This document shows, one piece after another, positions 29,542 to 44,273 of a DNA stretch of 64,000 nucleotides. The notes beneath the pieces are model-generated. The model was given only the letters and a program-made list of their open reading frames with translations, was not told the DNA's origin and did no database searches. Made by a program: the position numbers and the translations under genes. Source of the DNA: Candidatus Multivoradales bacterium (lineage in GTDB: Bacteria; Acidobacteriota; Thermoanaerobaculia; Multivoradales; Multivoraceae); NCBI GenBank assembly GCA_965223325.1, contig CBDCWI010000002.1, positions 2,592,001 to 2,656,000 of the forward strand, read 5' to 3'. Each line of letters begins with the position of its first letter. Positions within the stretch are counted from its first letter, which is position 1.

Positions 29542-32427
29542 CTACCCGCTCGCCTCCGCGAGGAGCTCGTCGACCTCGGCAAGCCAGTTGACGACGATGC
29601 GATGGCGGATCGGACGATGGGTGATGGCCATCAGAAGGTCGCCCCCCGGAATCGAGTCATAGGAGACATCCTGGCTTCGAACCATGTTCTCGGGCAACCG
29701 AAAGAGCCGCCTTGGCGCGGTAAAGGCTGGACGTTCTCGCGGATTGAAATCGGCGACCATCATGAACTCCCGCCGGGCGTCGAGAAAGTAGATCTTGTCT
29801 CCGGCGTGTGACCACTGTGGCTGTTCACCTCCGTTGGTCGAAACAGGAACCACCGCCATGTCGTCCGGCCAACGGGAAGCGTTGATCTGAATCGGGTCAC
29901 TGCTCTTCTCCCACACGATCCAGTCCCCGTCGGACGAGAAGCTGGACCAACGAAGACCGTGGGGTGGGAGGGGCAGGCGGCGGGGCGGTCGCTCGCCGGC
30001 CAGGTCGATCTGGTAGAGCTTGCCGTCAGAGGTCCCCTCGACCTCGAACCATGTGTTCACGATGAAGGTGTTTGAGGGAGCATGCGCAGCGTCGACGCGG
30101 CTCCAGCCCTCAAAGGCAGTGTCGCCGGGCAGAGTCACGACATGCTCTGCCACCAAACGAACCTCGAGGTCGAACTCTCGCAGCGGCCCACCCCAGGCGT
30201 CCGAGACGAAGAAGGTCGAAGAATCGAACCACGCCGCGTGATCGCCGGGTACGGCACGCGTTTCTCCAGCTCCTTCGAGTGAAACGACGCGAACCGCGCG
30301 CCCAGCCACCAGGAGGGCATGGCGACCGTCTGGCGAAACCGTGATCTCGACTGTGCTTCCGGCTGGTATGGGCCTGTCCAACCTGAGCTGACTCCGCATG
30401 CGACCCTGTGAATCGACCCGCCAGAGGCCGGATTCGGGTGTGGCTTCGAAGTAAATCAAGGTCCCGCTCTCCGAAACGTCGAAGTGCGGTCGCCCATGAA
30501 TGGAGTTGTATTGATAGGTGTGCACACCGGTCGGCACACCTGGCCCGACAAGAGTGCCGTCCCCATCCAGGGTGGTGGCCCAAAGCTCTCCCTGGCGTCT
30601 GAAGAAGAGTCGCTCGCCAACCCGCTTCGGGAAGCATGCGTCGTCGAGGACCTGTGACGCCCCTGTGCTCTCCAGGCGGTAGAGGGCTGCACCATCTGCA
30701 CGCGACTCGCACGCAAGAATCGTATCGCCGCCTAGCAACACCGCCCGATTCGGACTGACCTCGCAGGCAAGCGGCACATCGTCGCACCTGACGACGGTGC
30801 GCTCGTTGCCTCCCGACAGAACGCTCCACAACCGGCGCTCGCCATCGAAGTAGAGGGCCTCGCCACCGGCAAGGCTTGCCAGCTCCAACTCGCGACTCCC
30901 AGACCGTAGCCGCTGGACTGATCCACCCTCTGCCGGGACGACCTCGGACTTTCCCTGTCGCCAAAAGATCAATCGCTCACCGTCTGCTGTAAACCGTGGC
31001 CAGCTTCCACCTTCGGTACCTCTGAGCTCACGCCAATCGTTTTCGAACTGGTGGCGAATGTGAATCAGCCCACCACCTGCCACCGCCATGCGCCTGCCGT
31101 TTGGCGAGATCGCCACCGAGGGATGCCAAAGGGCCGAGCCAAAGTTGGGGCGGGGCGCATCCAACGCAGCGCGCAAAGGAGTCACCTGCGCAGGTCCCCT
31201 CCAACGCTCGCTATCGCGACTGCCCCAGAGGGCACCCAGTATGAGTCCGCCCAGGAGAAGACTCGCTCCGAGGGCCGAGGCGCGGCCGATGCCAAGGCCT
31301 GGCCGATCCGGAGGAGTCGCAGCAATGTGGTCATCATCCTCGAGGGCGAGGCGGAAATCGGCGGCGTGGTGCCAGCGCTTTTCGGGGTCCTTCCGGAAGC
31401 AGCGCTCGAGCGCTCGTTTCACCTGCAGGGGGACCTCACGGGGGAGTCGGGAGGTATCCGGATCCTCCCGAAGCACAGCCGCCAGGACATCAGACACTGT
31501 GTCTCCACGAAAGGCGGAGGCGCCCACGAGCATCTCGTAGAGAACACACCCAAGAGCCCACAGGTCTGAACGCTCGTCGGCCTCCTGACCGCGGGCCTGC
31601 TCGGGCGACATGTACAAAGCCGTGCCCATCAAGCTGCCTTCACGGCTGACCCTGGTCAGGGTCGGTGACCCAGACACGTCCTCCGCCTGCCCGTCCGAGT
31701 GAGGCGAGCTGAGCGACTTGGCGAGACCGAAGTCCAGAACCTTGACAACCGGATTGAGACCGCTCCGCAGCTGCACGTTGGCGGGTTTGAGATCGCGATG
31801 AATGATTCCAGAGCGATGGGCAGCCTGAAGAGCGTGAGCGACTTGACTAGCGATCGAAACAGCTTCATCAACCGAAACCGGGCCTCGCGCCAGGCGGTCT
31901 CCCAGGGTCTCGCCCTCGACAAACTCCATGACCAGAAACCGAACCCCGGATGCTTCCTCGAACCCGTGAACCTCTGCAATGTTCGGGTGAGTGACCGCTG
32001 CCAGGAGCCGAGCCTCGCGCCGAAAGCGGGATGCGCGTTCGGGCGAATCTGCCAGGCCAGAACGGATCACTTTCAAGGCCACTCGGCGCTTCAGGTTGGA
32101 GTCTTCGGCCAGGAAGACTTCGCCCATTCCGCCCTGGCCCAACGCCCGCAGCACCCGGTAGTGGCCGAGCGTCTGGCCGACCAGTGGCCTCTCGCTTACT
32201 CCGGATCGCTCACCAGCGAGTCGGCGCCAGTGGGAATCAAGCAACGTCAACGGATCAAGCGAGGGATCCTCTTCACAGTGTCGGCGAAGACGCTCGACCT
32301 CATCCAGGAGAGAGAGGTCGCTGCCACAGGCCTCTTCGAGGAAGGCCGCTCGCTCCGATGCCTCGAGATCGAAGCAACGACGCAGGAGCGAATCGACCCT
32401 CTCAAAACGCTCAAGCCCTGCAGCCAT
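29542..32427 (-). CDS. membrane Ser/Thr protein kinase with TolB-like beta-propeller C-terminus
   Basis: LGQGGMGEV, HRDLKPAN, DFGLAK, YMSPEQARG; TM; ISPNG/VSPDG/FSSDG repeats. Confidence 0.92.
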   Translation of the reverse strand: MAAGLERFERVDSLLRRCFDLEASERAAFLEEACGSDLSLLDEVERLRRHCEEDPSLDPLTLLDSHWRRLAGERSGVSERPLVGQTLGHYRVLRALGQGGMGEVFLAEDSNLKRRVALKVIRSGLADSPERASRFRREARLLAAVTHPNIAEVHGFEEASGVRFLVMEFVEGETLGDRLARGPVSVDEAVSIASQVAHALQAAHRSGIIHRDLKPANVQLRSGLNPVVKVLDFGLAKSLSSPHSDGQAEDVSGSPTLTRVSREGSLMGTALYMSPEQARGQEADERSDLWALGCVLYEMLVGASAFRGDTVSDVLAAVLREDPDTSRLPREVPLQVKRALERCFRKDPEKRWHHAADFRLALEDDDHIAATPPDRPGLGIGRASALGASLLLGGLILGALWGSRDSERWRGPAQVTPLRAALDAPRPNFGSALWHPSVAISPNGRRMAVAGGGLIHIRHQFENDWRELRGTEGGSWPRFTADGERLIFWRQGKSEVVPAEGGSVQRLRSGSRELELASLAGGEALYFDGERRLWSVLSGGNERTVVRCDDVPLACEVSPNRAVLLGGDTILACESRADGAALYRLESTGASQVLDDACFPKRVGERLFFRRQGELWATTLDGDGTLVGPGVPTGVHTYQYNSIHGRPHFDVSESGTLIYFEATPESGLWRVDSQGRMRSQLRLDRPIPAGSTVEITVSPDGRHALLVAGRAVRVVSLEGAGETRAVPGDHAAWFDSSTFFVSDAWGGPLREFDLEVRLVAEHVVTLPGDTAFEGWSRVDAAHAPSNTFIVNTWFEVEGTSDGKLYQIDLAGERPPRRLPLPPHGLRWSSFSSDGDWIVWEKSSDPIQINASRWPDDMAVVPVSTNGGEQPQWSHAGDKIYFLDARREFMMVADFNPRERPAFTAPRRLFRLPENMVRSQDVSYDSIPGGDLLMAITHRPIRHRIVVNWLAEVDELLAEASG

Positions 32428-32481
32428 GGGAGTAGCTTACAGCTCGGCAGACACGGCCTCTGAAAGACAGATGAGCCTGCC

Positions 32482-33969
32482 CTACTCCCTGCTATCGCTC
32501 CAGCTCGACGGCTGCCCTGACTCGAAGTCGTCCGAGAAGAGACTCAACAGGAAGCGCTGGCCTCTGACCTCGGCATCGGAGGCCTCGTCCTCGGAACTCC
32601 AAGTGATGAACAGGTCGCCCGGGGCTACCTGAACGATCTGGACCCGACCTTGATCGCCAGCGGTTCTGGTGTTGACCTGGAACTGATCACCAAGGAGGGC
32701 GCCATCTGAACCCACGCGCTGCGCCTGGATGCTGCGCCCATCACTGTCGGAACCGGGGCTGCCAATGCTCACCCAAGCCACGAGATAGCTGCCATCGGGC
32801 AGCGCAGCAGCGACGGGATTGTGCTGCTTGCTCGTCGTATAGGTATTGACCTGAAACACTTCGGTCAGCGACTGATCTCCGTCGTATAGCCGAGCGCGGA
32901 TGCTCTTGTTCGACTGGTCCGAGCCGTTGGAAGGATCGCTCTCCCAGACCACCAGGTGGCGCGCGCCCCCGAGAAGCTCTAGTGCCACCGAGGGATCTTC
33001 CTGCGACCCCGCCGTGACGTCGTTTACGACCTGTACCGGTCCAAGTGGTGTCCCGTCGACAGCCAGCCAGCGCGAATGAATATCCGTCGGCCATCCGTCA
33101 GCACAATCGGTTACCCCCTCTACATGCTCCCAAGGAACAATCAAGCCCACGTCGGAGCTCCCAACGTTCGATACCGCTGGAGTCGTCGAGCGGATATCCG
33201 GGTCGGCCGGCGCGTCTCGTTGGTCGACATGCACGTTCGAGACCTCGGTACCCGAGTCGTCGAAGTGGGTCCATCGGATGCGCTCGTAGAGGAAAAAGGG
33301 CCTACCCTCGCGACGCTCATCCTGCCGCCGGTCGCAATGCAGGTCGTCGTTCGCAGAAGTATCCCAGACCACGGTGAAACCGTTGCCTGGGAGGTTCGCC
33401 AAAACCGGGGTTCCGTACTCGCCAAGCAGATCGGCGCCGAGGAGGACGAAATCAACCTGCGGTTCGGGTGCTGTGACGTTGACGTCGGCGACGTTTGTCA
33501 GCGAGTCATCGACCCCGTCACTGCGACCCTCGACCCACAGCACACGAACTCGTCCACCAGCCGCCGGACTCGCTCCGAGAAGATGGCAGCCTAGGTCGTA
33601 GGGTGACGTGCGCCCCACGTCGCAGCTTGCGACCTCGATGGGCGACCCGAGCGGCTCGCCTTCGGCGCCAAACTTTGCTGCCATGATGCGAACCGTTTGC
33701 AGTTCCCACAGGGGCGGAGGCACAGCCGGACCGTCATCCCACACCACGACGAGGTGTTCATCATCGAGGGAGGCCGTCGCACGGTACTCGTACGAGATAT
33801 GCGTAGAGCCGGCGCTGATGTACTCAGCAAAACTGAGCCCGGTGACCAGGCTTTGCTCATCCCCAACCGGCACGAGCCCCTCACCCGCGTTAACGGTCGC
33901 AGCACCAGCAAACAGCAGTGCACACCAGATCTCCAGGCAACGTCTGGCATTCATCAGCGCCTCCTTCAC
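32482..33969 (-). CDS. secreted repeat protein (QVNTxT beta repeats) with C-terminal FSDDFESG motif
   Basis: Signal peptide ending AGE; repeats VQVVNDVTAGSQ, FQVNTYTTSKQ, FQVNTRTAGDQ each followed by V/AW.S; ends LFSDDFESGQPSSWS. Confidence 0.75.
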   Translation of the reverse strand: MKEALMNARRCLEIWCALLFAGAATVNAGEGLVPVGDEQSLVTGLSFAEYISAGSTHISYEYRATASLDDEHLVVVWDDGPAVPPPLWELQTVRIMAAKFGAEGEPLGSPIEVASCDVGRTSPYDLGCHLLGASPAAGGRVRVLWVEGRSDGVDDSLTNVADVNVTAPEPQVDFVLLGADLLGEYGTPVLANLPGNGFTVVWDTSANDDLHCDRRQDERREGRPFFLYERIRWTHFDDSGTEVSNVHVDQRDAPADPDIRSTTPAVSNVGSSDVGLIVPWEHVEGVTDCADGWPTDIHSRWLAVDGTPLGPVQVVNDVTAGSQEDPSVALELLGGARHLVVWESDPSNGSDQSNKSIRARLYDGDQSLTEVFQVNTYTTSKQHNPVAAALPDGSYLVAWVSIGSPGSDSDGRSIQAQRVGSDGALLGDQFQVNTRTAGDQGRVQIVQVAPGDLFITWSSEDEASDAEVRGQRFLLSLFSDDFESGQPSSWSDSRE

Positions 33970-34335
33970 TTGGTGGCTGCTCCAGCCTCCCGATCCTAGC
34001 AGGTGGGAGCCACGCGCGACGGCCTACCAGGCCGCTCTGCACTCCTATCTGGACGGGAGGGAAGCTGCGCTCGCCAGAACCGCCTGGTGCGGACGGCTCG
34101 GGCCTCCGTGATAGAAAAACGCCCTAGCAATACCTGTCAAGGCGCTGCCTATAGGTACCGATGGAGCAAGGGGCACCGGGTTCCACCCGCCTCGGGTGAG
34201 GGTTCGGGGCCACCATGGGTAGGCCAGCTCGTCGCCGCGAAGCACCGGACTCTGAGGTCTGTCCTTGTCCGGAGGGGGCCGCGAGCCTCGGCTTCCGCTG
34301 TTTGCCATGACTGCAACCAGAAGGGGATTCGGAAC

Positions 34336-35820
34336 ATGGATCAGTACCTCGTGCCTACACCAAAACAACGAGCGGTGCTTCTCCTCCTGCCGCTCGTCGC
34401 CGCGGCCCTGTTGACGACGACTCGGCCGCTCGAGGCCCAGGAAACAAACGCCACCAACGCCCTGGGAGGCATTCTGGGGACCTGCAGCAACATGGTCTTC
34501 GAGGGCAATGGCAACGCCGCCCCGGACCTGTTTGCGCGCTGCAGCGAGATCGTGTTTCGTGGCGACCTGGACTCGGCCATCGTCGTCTCGCGCGATGAGA
34601 TCACCGCCCAGGGACACCACGCCAACGAACTTGCCGGGGAGCAACAGCGCAATCTTTCGTTGCGGATGAGCGAGCTTCGTCGGGGAGGTGGAACTTCGGT
34701 CGCCCACCTGTTCGGATCGCTCGATACCCGTACCCACCCGGCGCTCGCAAAAGCGTCCATGGCACAGCAGGTGGGTGGTGCACCCGTCGACGACCAGGCG
34801 AGCCGGGTGGGCCTGTTCGTCAACGGCGAGGCGAGCTTCGGTGACCGCGACGCTCAGGGCAACGATGTCGGCTTCGACATCGACACCATGGGAATTACCG
34901 TAGGCCTCGACTACCGGTTTTCAGACCGCTTCTTCGGCGGCATCGCCCTTGGCCTGTCCGAGACCGACGCCGACCTGACCGGCACGCAGATGTTCGCCGG
35001 CAACGGCCGCGGCACCCTCGATATCGATGGCGTGAGTGTCTCCCTCTACGGCAGCCTGAGTCTCTCGGACACCTGGTTCCTGGAAGGCAACCTGACCTCC
35101 GGGCAGAACGACTACGACACGCTGACCGAGATCAACTACGACATCGGGAACGTGACGGCCACCGTCGAGAACGGTCAGATCGTTCCGATCCTGCTCGGCG
35201 GCACCACCTCGGTGCGTCAGCAGGCGGTCGGTGAAACCGAAGGCGACCTCTTGTCCGGCCGACTCGGTATCGGCAACGAGTGGCGCAGTGGCGCCTGGGG
35301 TATCCAGACCGGCGTCAGCGCCACCTATACCGAGGTCGAGATCGATGCCTATGACGAGCGCATGCTCGGCCAGGGTGCCGGCAGCGAGTTGGCGATCGGC
35401 GTCGACGACCGGGAAATCGAATCCCTCATTGGTGAGTTGGAGCTCTTGTTCTCCTATACGAACCTGACGAACTGGGGTGCCTTCGAGCCGGTGCTGGCGC
35501 TGGGCTACAAGAACCAGTTCGAGGACGATCCGCGCGTCATCGGAACCGAGCTCGTCTCGGATCCGAATCGCGGCAACAGGAACTCGGTCGCCTCACCGGG
35601 CCATCCGCTACAAGACGTCGCGGGACTGCCGCCGGGCACCTACCCCAAGGACCTCACCGTGCTGACCGAGGAGCCAGAGGGCGACTGGTTCGTAGCCGGC
35701 CTTGGCTTCACAGCGGTTTTTCGAGGCGGCAACCAGTTCTTCATGTTCTGGGACACCTACCTCGGTCACGATGTGCTTTCGCTCAACCGCTTCTCGGCAG
35801 GCTTCCGCCTGGAGTTCTAG
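34336..35820 (+). CDS. autotransporter-type outer-membrane beta-barrel with very short passenger
   Basis: ATG 34336, signal peptide (LEA-QE), linker helix EQQRNLSLRMSELR, barrel strands VGLFVNG, ITVGLDYRFSD, terminal AGFRLEF. Confidence 0.88.
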   Translation: MDQYLVPTPKQRAVLLLLPLVAAALLTTTRPLEAQETNATNALGGILGTCSNMVFEGNGNAAPDLFARCSEIVFRGDLDSAIVVSRDEITAQGHHANELAGEQQRNLSLRMSELRRGGGTSVAHLFGSLDTRTHPALAKASMAQQVGGAPVDDQASRVGLFVNGEASFGDRDAQGNDVGFDIDTMGITVGLDYRFSDRFFGGIALGLSETDADLTGTQMFAGNGRGTLDIDGVSVSLYGSLSLSDTWFLEGNLTSGQNDYDTLTEINYDIGNVTATVENGQIVPILLGGTTSVRQQAVGETEGDLLSGRLGIGNEWRSGAWGIQTGVSATYTEVEIDAYDERMLGQGAGSELAIGVDDREIESLIGELELLFSYTNLTNWGAFEPVLALGYKNQFEDDPRVIGTELVSDPNRGNRNSVASPGHPLQDVAGLPPGTYPKDLTVLTEEPEGDWFVAGLGFTAVFRGGNQFFMFWDTYLGHDVLSLNRFSAGFRLEF

Positions 35821-35880
35821 CGTTTCATCGGACTCCGGGGCCCTCCCCCGCCGGGCCTGCTCGCTAAACTGCGGGTCTCC

Positions 35881-40164
<4,284 letters not shown>

Positions 40165-40179
40165 TAGGTTGAGCGAATC

Positions 40180-41757
40180 ATGCTCCCACAAGGGCTCCAG
40201 GGCCTCTGGCCTAGGCCTTTTCGGTATTGGGTCATCACCGTCGTCAGCCTGCTCGGCTGCTTGTACGGCTCGCTCGTTTCTCCGGTTGGCGCTCAAAGCG
40301 CCACCGACGACGCAGCTCGCTTCGAGGTCGAGGAGTTCGCCATTGTCGACTGCCTCCTGCCGGGGCGGACCACCCGCATCGGCAAGTCGAGAGTCAAAGG
40401 GCCGCGCCGCGCCACGAAGACGAGTGCCCGCGATTGCAACATCCGCGGAGGCGAGCATGTCGCGTACGACCGCGCCGACTGCCGAACGTCGCTTAAGTTC
40501 TGGCAGGACCGCGCCGAAACCGGCGACTCGGAGGCCGCCTTCTATGTCGGCCAGCTGCTCGAGCGAGGGTGTGAAGGGCTGGCGCCTGATCCGAGCAAAG
40601 CTGTCAGCTGGTATGAACGCGCCCTCGAGCACGGTTCTCGGCCCGCGCGACTAGCGCTCGCCGGGCTCTACGATCGCGGCCACGGCGTAGAGAAGGATCC
40701 AGGAAAAGCCATGGCACTTCTCCGCCAAGACCTGCCTGACGAGGTCACCTTGATCGACACGCAAGAGTTCGCTGAACTCGAAAGCGCAGCTCGAAGAGCC
40801 GACGACAGGGCGGATGATCTCGAGCAGCAGCTGCTTAAAGCAGAGCAGCAGCTCGAGGCCAGTGACACCAACCGCGAGACTCTCAGTCGCTCGGTCACCA
40901 GACTGGAGGCGGAGCTCGGCGAGGCGCGCGATCGCCAGGCCAGCACCCAACAGCTGGTCGAGCAACTCGAGAGGCAGTTGCTGGCGCCACCCCCCGAAAA
41001 AGCGCCAAGGCCGACCTCGCTTGACTTCGGCACGTACCACGCCCTGGTCATCGGCAATTCCGACTACCAACATCTCGACCCGATTCCGCAAGCCGCCAGC
41101 TACGCCCAGTCGGTCGCCTCCCTGCTCGAAAGGCGTTACGACTTCCGCGTCCAGCGGCTGATGAACGCCACCTACGAAGCGCTCTACCGCAAGCTCGAAA
41201 CTCTCAGAGGCGAGCTAACAGAAGACGACAACCTGCTGATCTACTACGTTGGAAGCAGCTTTCGCGAATCGGGCCGCAGCTATTGGCATCCGGTCGATGC
41301 CGAAGACGAGGCCAGCCGCTTCAACTGGCTCGAGGTTGAGCGACACTTGTCGAGCGTTATCGACGTCATTCCCGCGCGGCAGCTGCTGGTTGTCGCAGAC
41401 GCTGCGTTCGAGGGCGTGCGGGTGCGCTCGGCGGTGCCACAACTGCCGGTCGGCATGAGCGCGCGCCAGAGGAAGAAGCACATGGAGGACATGTTGAAGC
41501 GCCGCAGCCGTATGGTCATGGCGTCCGGAAAAGGGCCTTCTCCGTTCTCTCCCGCTCTCGTCGGATGTCTCGAAGAGAATCGAGCGATTGCCGGGGCATC
41601 CCGCATCTACGGTTGCGTTCTGGCCAGGATGCGGCAGAACACAAGCTCCGCCAGCTCGGACACCTCGCGCTACGCGCCGATTCGCTGGGGACAGAGTGAC
41701 GCCAACAGCGACTTCTTCTTCGTCCCCACGAAGCCCAGCCGCGCCGGAGCCCACTGA
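40180..41757 (+). CDS. exported Sel1-repeat/coiled-coil protein with catalytically dead caspase-like domain
   Basis: Signal peptide (VGA-QS), IVDCLLPG domain, Sel1 repeats (AETGDSEAAFYVG, LAGLYDRGHGVEKD), YHALVIGNSDY, YYVGSS and VADAAFEG. Confidence 0.85.
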   Translation: MLPQGLQGLWPRPFRYWVITVVSLLGCLYGSLVSPVGAQSATDDAARFEVEEFAIVDCLLPGRTTRIGKSRVKGPRRATKTSARDCNIRGGEHVAYDRADCRTSLKFWQDRAETGDSEAAFYVGQLLERGCEGLAPDPSKAVSWYERALEHGSRPARLALAGLYDRGHGVEKDPGKAMALLRQDLPDEVTLIDTQEFAELESAARRADDRADDLEQQLLKAEQQLEASDTNRETLSRSVTRLEAELGEARDRQASTQQLVEQLERQLLAPPPEKAPRPTSLDFGTYHALVIGNSDYQHLDPIPQAASYAQSVASLLERRYDFRVQRLMNATYEALYRKLETLRGELTEDDNLLIYYVGSSFRESGRSYWHPVDAEDEASRFNWLEVERHLSSVIDVIPARQLLVVADAAFEGVRVRSAVPQLPVGMSARQRKKHMEDMLKRRSRMVMASGKGPSPFSPALVGCLEENRAIAGASRIYGCVLARMRQNTSSASSDTSRYAPIRWGQSDANSDFFFVPTKPSRAGAH

Positions 41758-41814
41758 GAGCCGCGACCCGGCGCTCCGGCCAGGGGTGTTCTCGAATCTG
41801 GCTATCATGGGCAG

Positions 41815-42264
41815 ATGAGCACACCACAAGAGAAGATCGAGGCCGATATCAAGGAGGCCATGAAGGCGCGCGACAACGTGCGACTGGGGACTCTGCGGAT
41901 GGTTCTCACGCAGATCAAGAACGACACGATTGCCAAGGGCGAGGAGCTCACAGACGAAGCATTCCTGGCCGTCGTGCGAAAGCAGATCAAGCAGCGCCAG
42001 GAGGCGGCTTCGCAGTACAAGAAGGGCGGGCGCGAAGAGTTGGCGGCCAAAGAGGAAGCAGAGATTGCGTTTCTCGAGCCCTACTTGCCGGCACAGGTTC
42101 CCGAGGCCGAGGTGCGCGAGGCGGTCGCGGCGTTCATCAGCGAGAACGGTCTCGAGGGCATGCAGTCGATGGGCCGGGTGATGGGCGCGATGAAAAAGCG
42201 CTTCGGCGCAACCGCCGATGCAGGGATGATCAGCGGCATTGCGAAGGAAATCCTGAGCGGCTGA
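41815..42264 (+). CDS. yqeY: GatB/YqeY domain protein
   Basis: IKEAMKARD, KQIKQRQE, YLPAQ, MGRVMG. Confidence 0.93.
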   Translation: MSTPQEKIEADIKEAMKARDNVRLGTLRMVLTQIKNDTIAKGEELTDEAFLAVVRKQIKQRQEAASQYKKGGREELAAKEEAEIAFLEPYLPAQVPEAEVREAVAAFISENGLEGMQSMGRVMGAMKKRFGATADAGMISGIAKEILSG

Positions 42265-42283
42265 AGCACGTTCACCCCACCTC

Positions 42284-44203
42284 ATGAACCGAGTCATTGT
42301 TGGCACCGCAGGCCACATCGATCACGGCAAAACGACGCTCGTCAAAGCGCTGACGGGAGTCGACTGTGACCGTTGGCAGGAAGAGAAAGAGCGTGGCATC
42401 ACGATCGATCTCGGCTTTGCACACCTGACGGCAGACGGTCCTGGTGGTGAACCACTGCAGATTGGTTTTGTGGATGTTCCCGGGCATGAGCGCTTCGTAC
42501 ACAACGCTCTCGCGGGCCTTGGAGGCATTCGTTTGATGATGCTGGTAGTGGCGGCTGACGAAGGAGTGAAGCCGCAGACCCAAGAGCATCTAGCGATTTG
42601 CTCATTGCTCGACATTCCGGCCGGCCTGGTGGCGCTCTCCAAGAGCGATCTGGTCGACGGAGAGTTGCTCGAGCTGGCGCAGCTGGAACTCGAAGAGGCG
42701 CTCGTCGGAACGCCTTTCGAAAAGGCACCAATCGTTCCGGTCTCGGCAACAACGGGGGCAGGTGTGCCCGAGCTGCGCGAGCAGTTGGTGGCTCTGGCGG
42801 CCGCTGCCCCGGCCATCACGCCACTCGAGCAGCTACCCGCGCGCCTGCCGATCGATCGCAGTTTCGTTCTGCAGGGTCTCGGCACGATCGTGACGGGGAC
42901 TCTCATGACTGGGCGAATCAGCGCCGGCGACCAGCTCGACGCCCTTCCAGGTGACCTATCGGTGCGCGTGCGCAGCGTGCAGGTGCACGGCGAAGAGCGT
43001 GAGCATGCGGTTGCTGGCGAGCGCACTTCGCTTCAGATCACCGGCGCCTCGAGCGCGGAACTGTCGCGCGGCCTCCACCTCGTCGAACCCGGGCGATTCA
43101 GGAGCTCGCACAGTTTGCTGGTGCGCCTTGACCTGCTTCCCAACGCGCCAAAGTCGATCCGGGGCTTTGCGCCGGTGCGCTTTCATCTGACCTCGAGCGA
43201 AAGAGTTGGCAAGATGCGACCGCTCGGAGTCGACAAACTCAACCCGGGCGAGCAGGCGGTGGTGGAAATCCGTCTCGATCGGCGCGTACCGGCGGTGCGC
43301 GGCGATCGGTTCATCGTGCGGAGGCCATCGCCGCAAACCACGCTCGGCGGCGGTGTGGTGCTCGACCCTCTCTGGCTGAGGAGACGGGGAGCCTCACTCG
43401 AAACGGCTCTGGCAGGCCTTGGAGGACCCGACGCCGAAGCTCTCTCGACCTGGGTTCGACTCGCCGGTGCGGCGGGCATGGAGCCCGCCGAGCTGGCGCG
43501 GCGGATCGGTAACCAGGAAAGCGTGGTGACGACGCTTCTCGAGCCGGCCATCGAAATCGGAAACGTGTTTCTCGTGCCGGCCGGCGCCGGGCATGGAGCA
43601 CGGTACGTACACAGCGAGTCCTGGCAGACCATCGAGGTGCGCGCCCCGCAGGTGCTCAAGGACTACTTCAAGCGCGAACCGCTGACCCATGGCATGCCGA
43701 AGGCCGAAGCCAAGAAACGCCTGGCCCCTGGCCGCGCCGCGCTCCTGGCCGACGCCTGGCTCGAGCGCCTGGCGGCGGCGAAACGCATCGTGATCCGCGG
43801 CGACCTGGTCGACCTGCCGGGACGCGCAAACCCGATCGCCGGTTCCGATGCCAAGCTCTCGGCGTCGATTCTCCAGGCTTTCGAGCAGGCCGGCCTCGCT
43901 CCCCCGTCGCCGAACGACGTTTGCCACCAGCTCAACGCCAAAAAGCAGATCTTCGACGGGGTTCTCAAGTACCTCATCCGCGACGGACGACTGGTACGCC
44001 TGCCCGGGGACCTTCTCATCGCCGCCGCTGCAGTCGAGACGCTGGTCGCCGACGTGCGAGGAGCGAGCTGGCAAGGGTTCTCGGTGCCAGAGTTCAAGGA
44101 CCGCTTCGGTTTGACCCGCAAATGGGCAATACCGCTGCTCGAGCATCTCGACAAACTCCGGGTCACGCGGCGCCAGGGCGATCGCCGACAGGTGCTGCGC
44201 TAG
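42284..44203 (+). CDS. selB: selenocysteine-specific elongation factor
   Basis: [37 protein letters not shown]-terminal [14 protein letters not shown]. Confidence 0.96.
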   Translation: MNRVIVGTAGHIDHGKTTLVKALTGVDCDRWQEEKERGITIDLGFAHLTADGPGGEPLQIGFVDVPGHERFVHNALAGLGGIRLMMLVVAADEGVKPQTQEHLAICSLLDIPAGLVALSKSDLVDGELLELAQLELEEALVGTPFEKAPIVPVSATTGAGVPELREQLVALAAAAPAITPLEQLPARLPIDRSFVLQGLGTIVTGTLMTGRISAGDQLDALPGDLSVRVRSVQVHGEEREHAVAGERTSLQITGASSAELSRGLHLVEPGRFRSSHSLLVRLDLLPNAPKSIRGFAPVRFHLTSSERVGKMRPLGVDKLNPGEQAVVEIRLDRRVPAVRGDRFIVRRPSPQTTLGGGVVLDPLWLRRRGASLETALAGLGGPDAEALSTWVRLAGAAGMEPAELARRIGNQESVVTTLLEPAIEIGNVFLVPAGAGHGARYVHSESWQTIEVRAPQVLKDYFKREPLTHGMPKAEAKKRLAPGRAALLADAWLERLAAAKRIVIRGDLVDLPGRANPIAGSDAKLSASILQAFEQAGLAPPSPNDVCHQLNAKKQIFDGVLKYLIRDGRLVRLPGDLLIAAAAVETLVADVRGASWQGFSVPEFKDRFGLTRKWAIPLLEHLDKLRVTRRQGDRRQVLR

Positions 44204-44273
44204 CGGGTCGTATGATCACGCAGAGGCGGAAGCGGAAGGCCCACACCAACACATCCAGCTGCATGGAGTCAGG

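Noticed and set aside
42284-44203. Selenoprotein or tRNA-Sec linked to selB
   Set aside because: No selA/selC/selD and no ORF visibly interrupted by an in-frame TGA at a Cys-equivalent position in this window.
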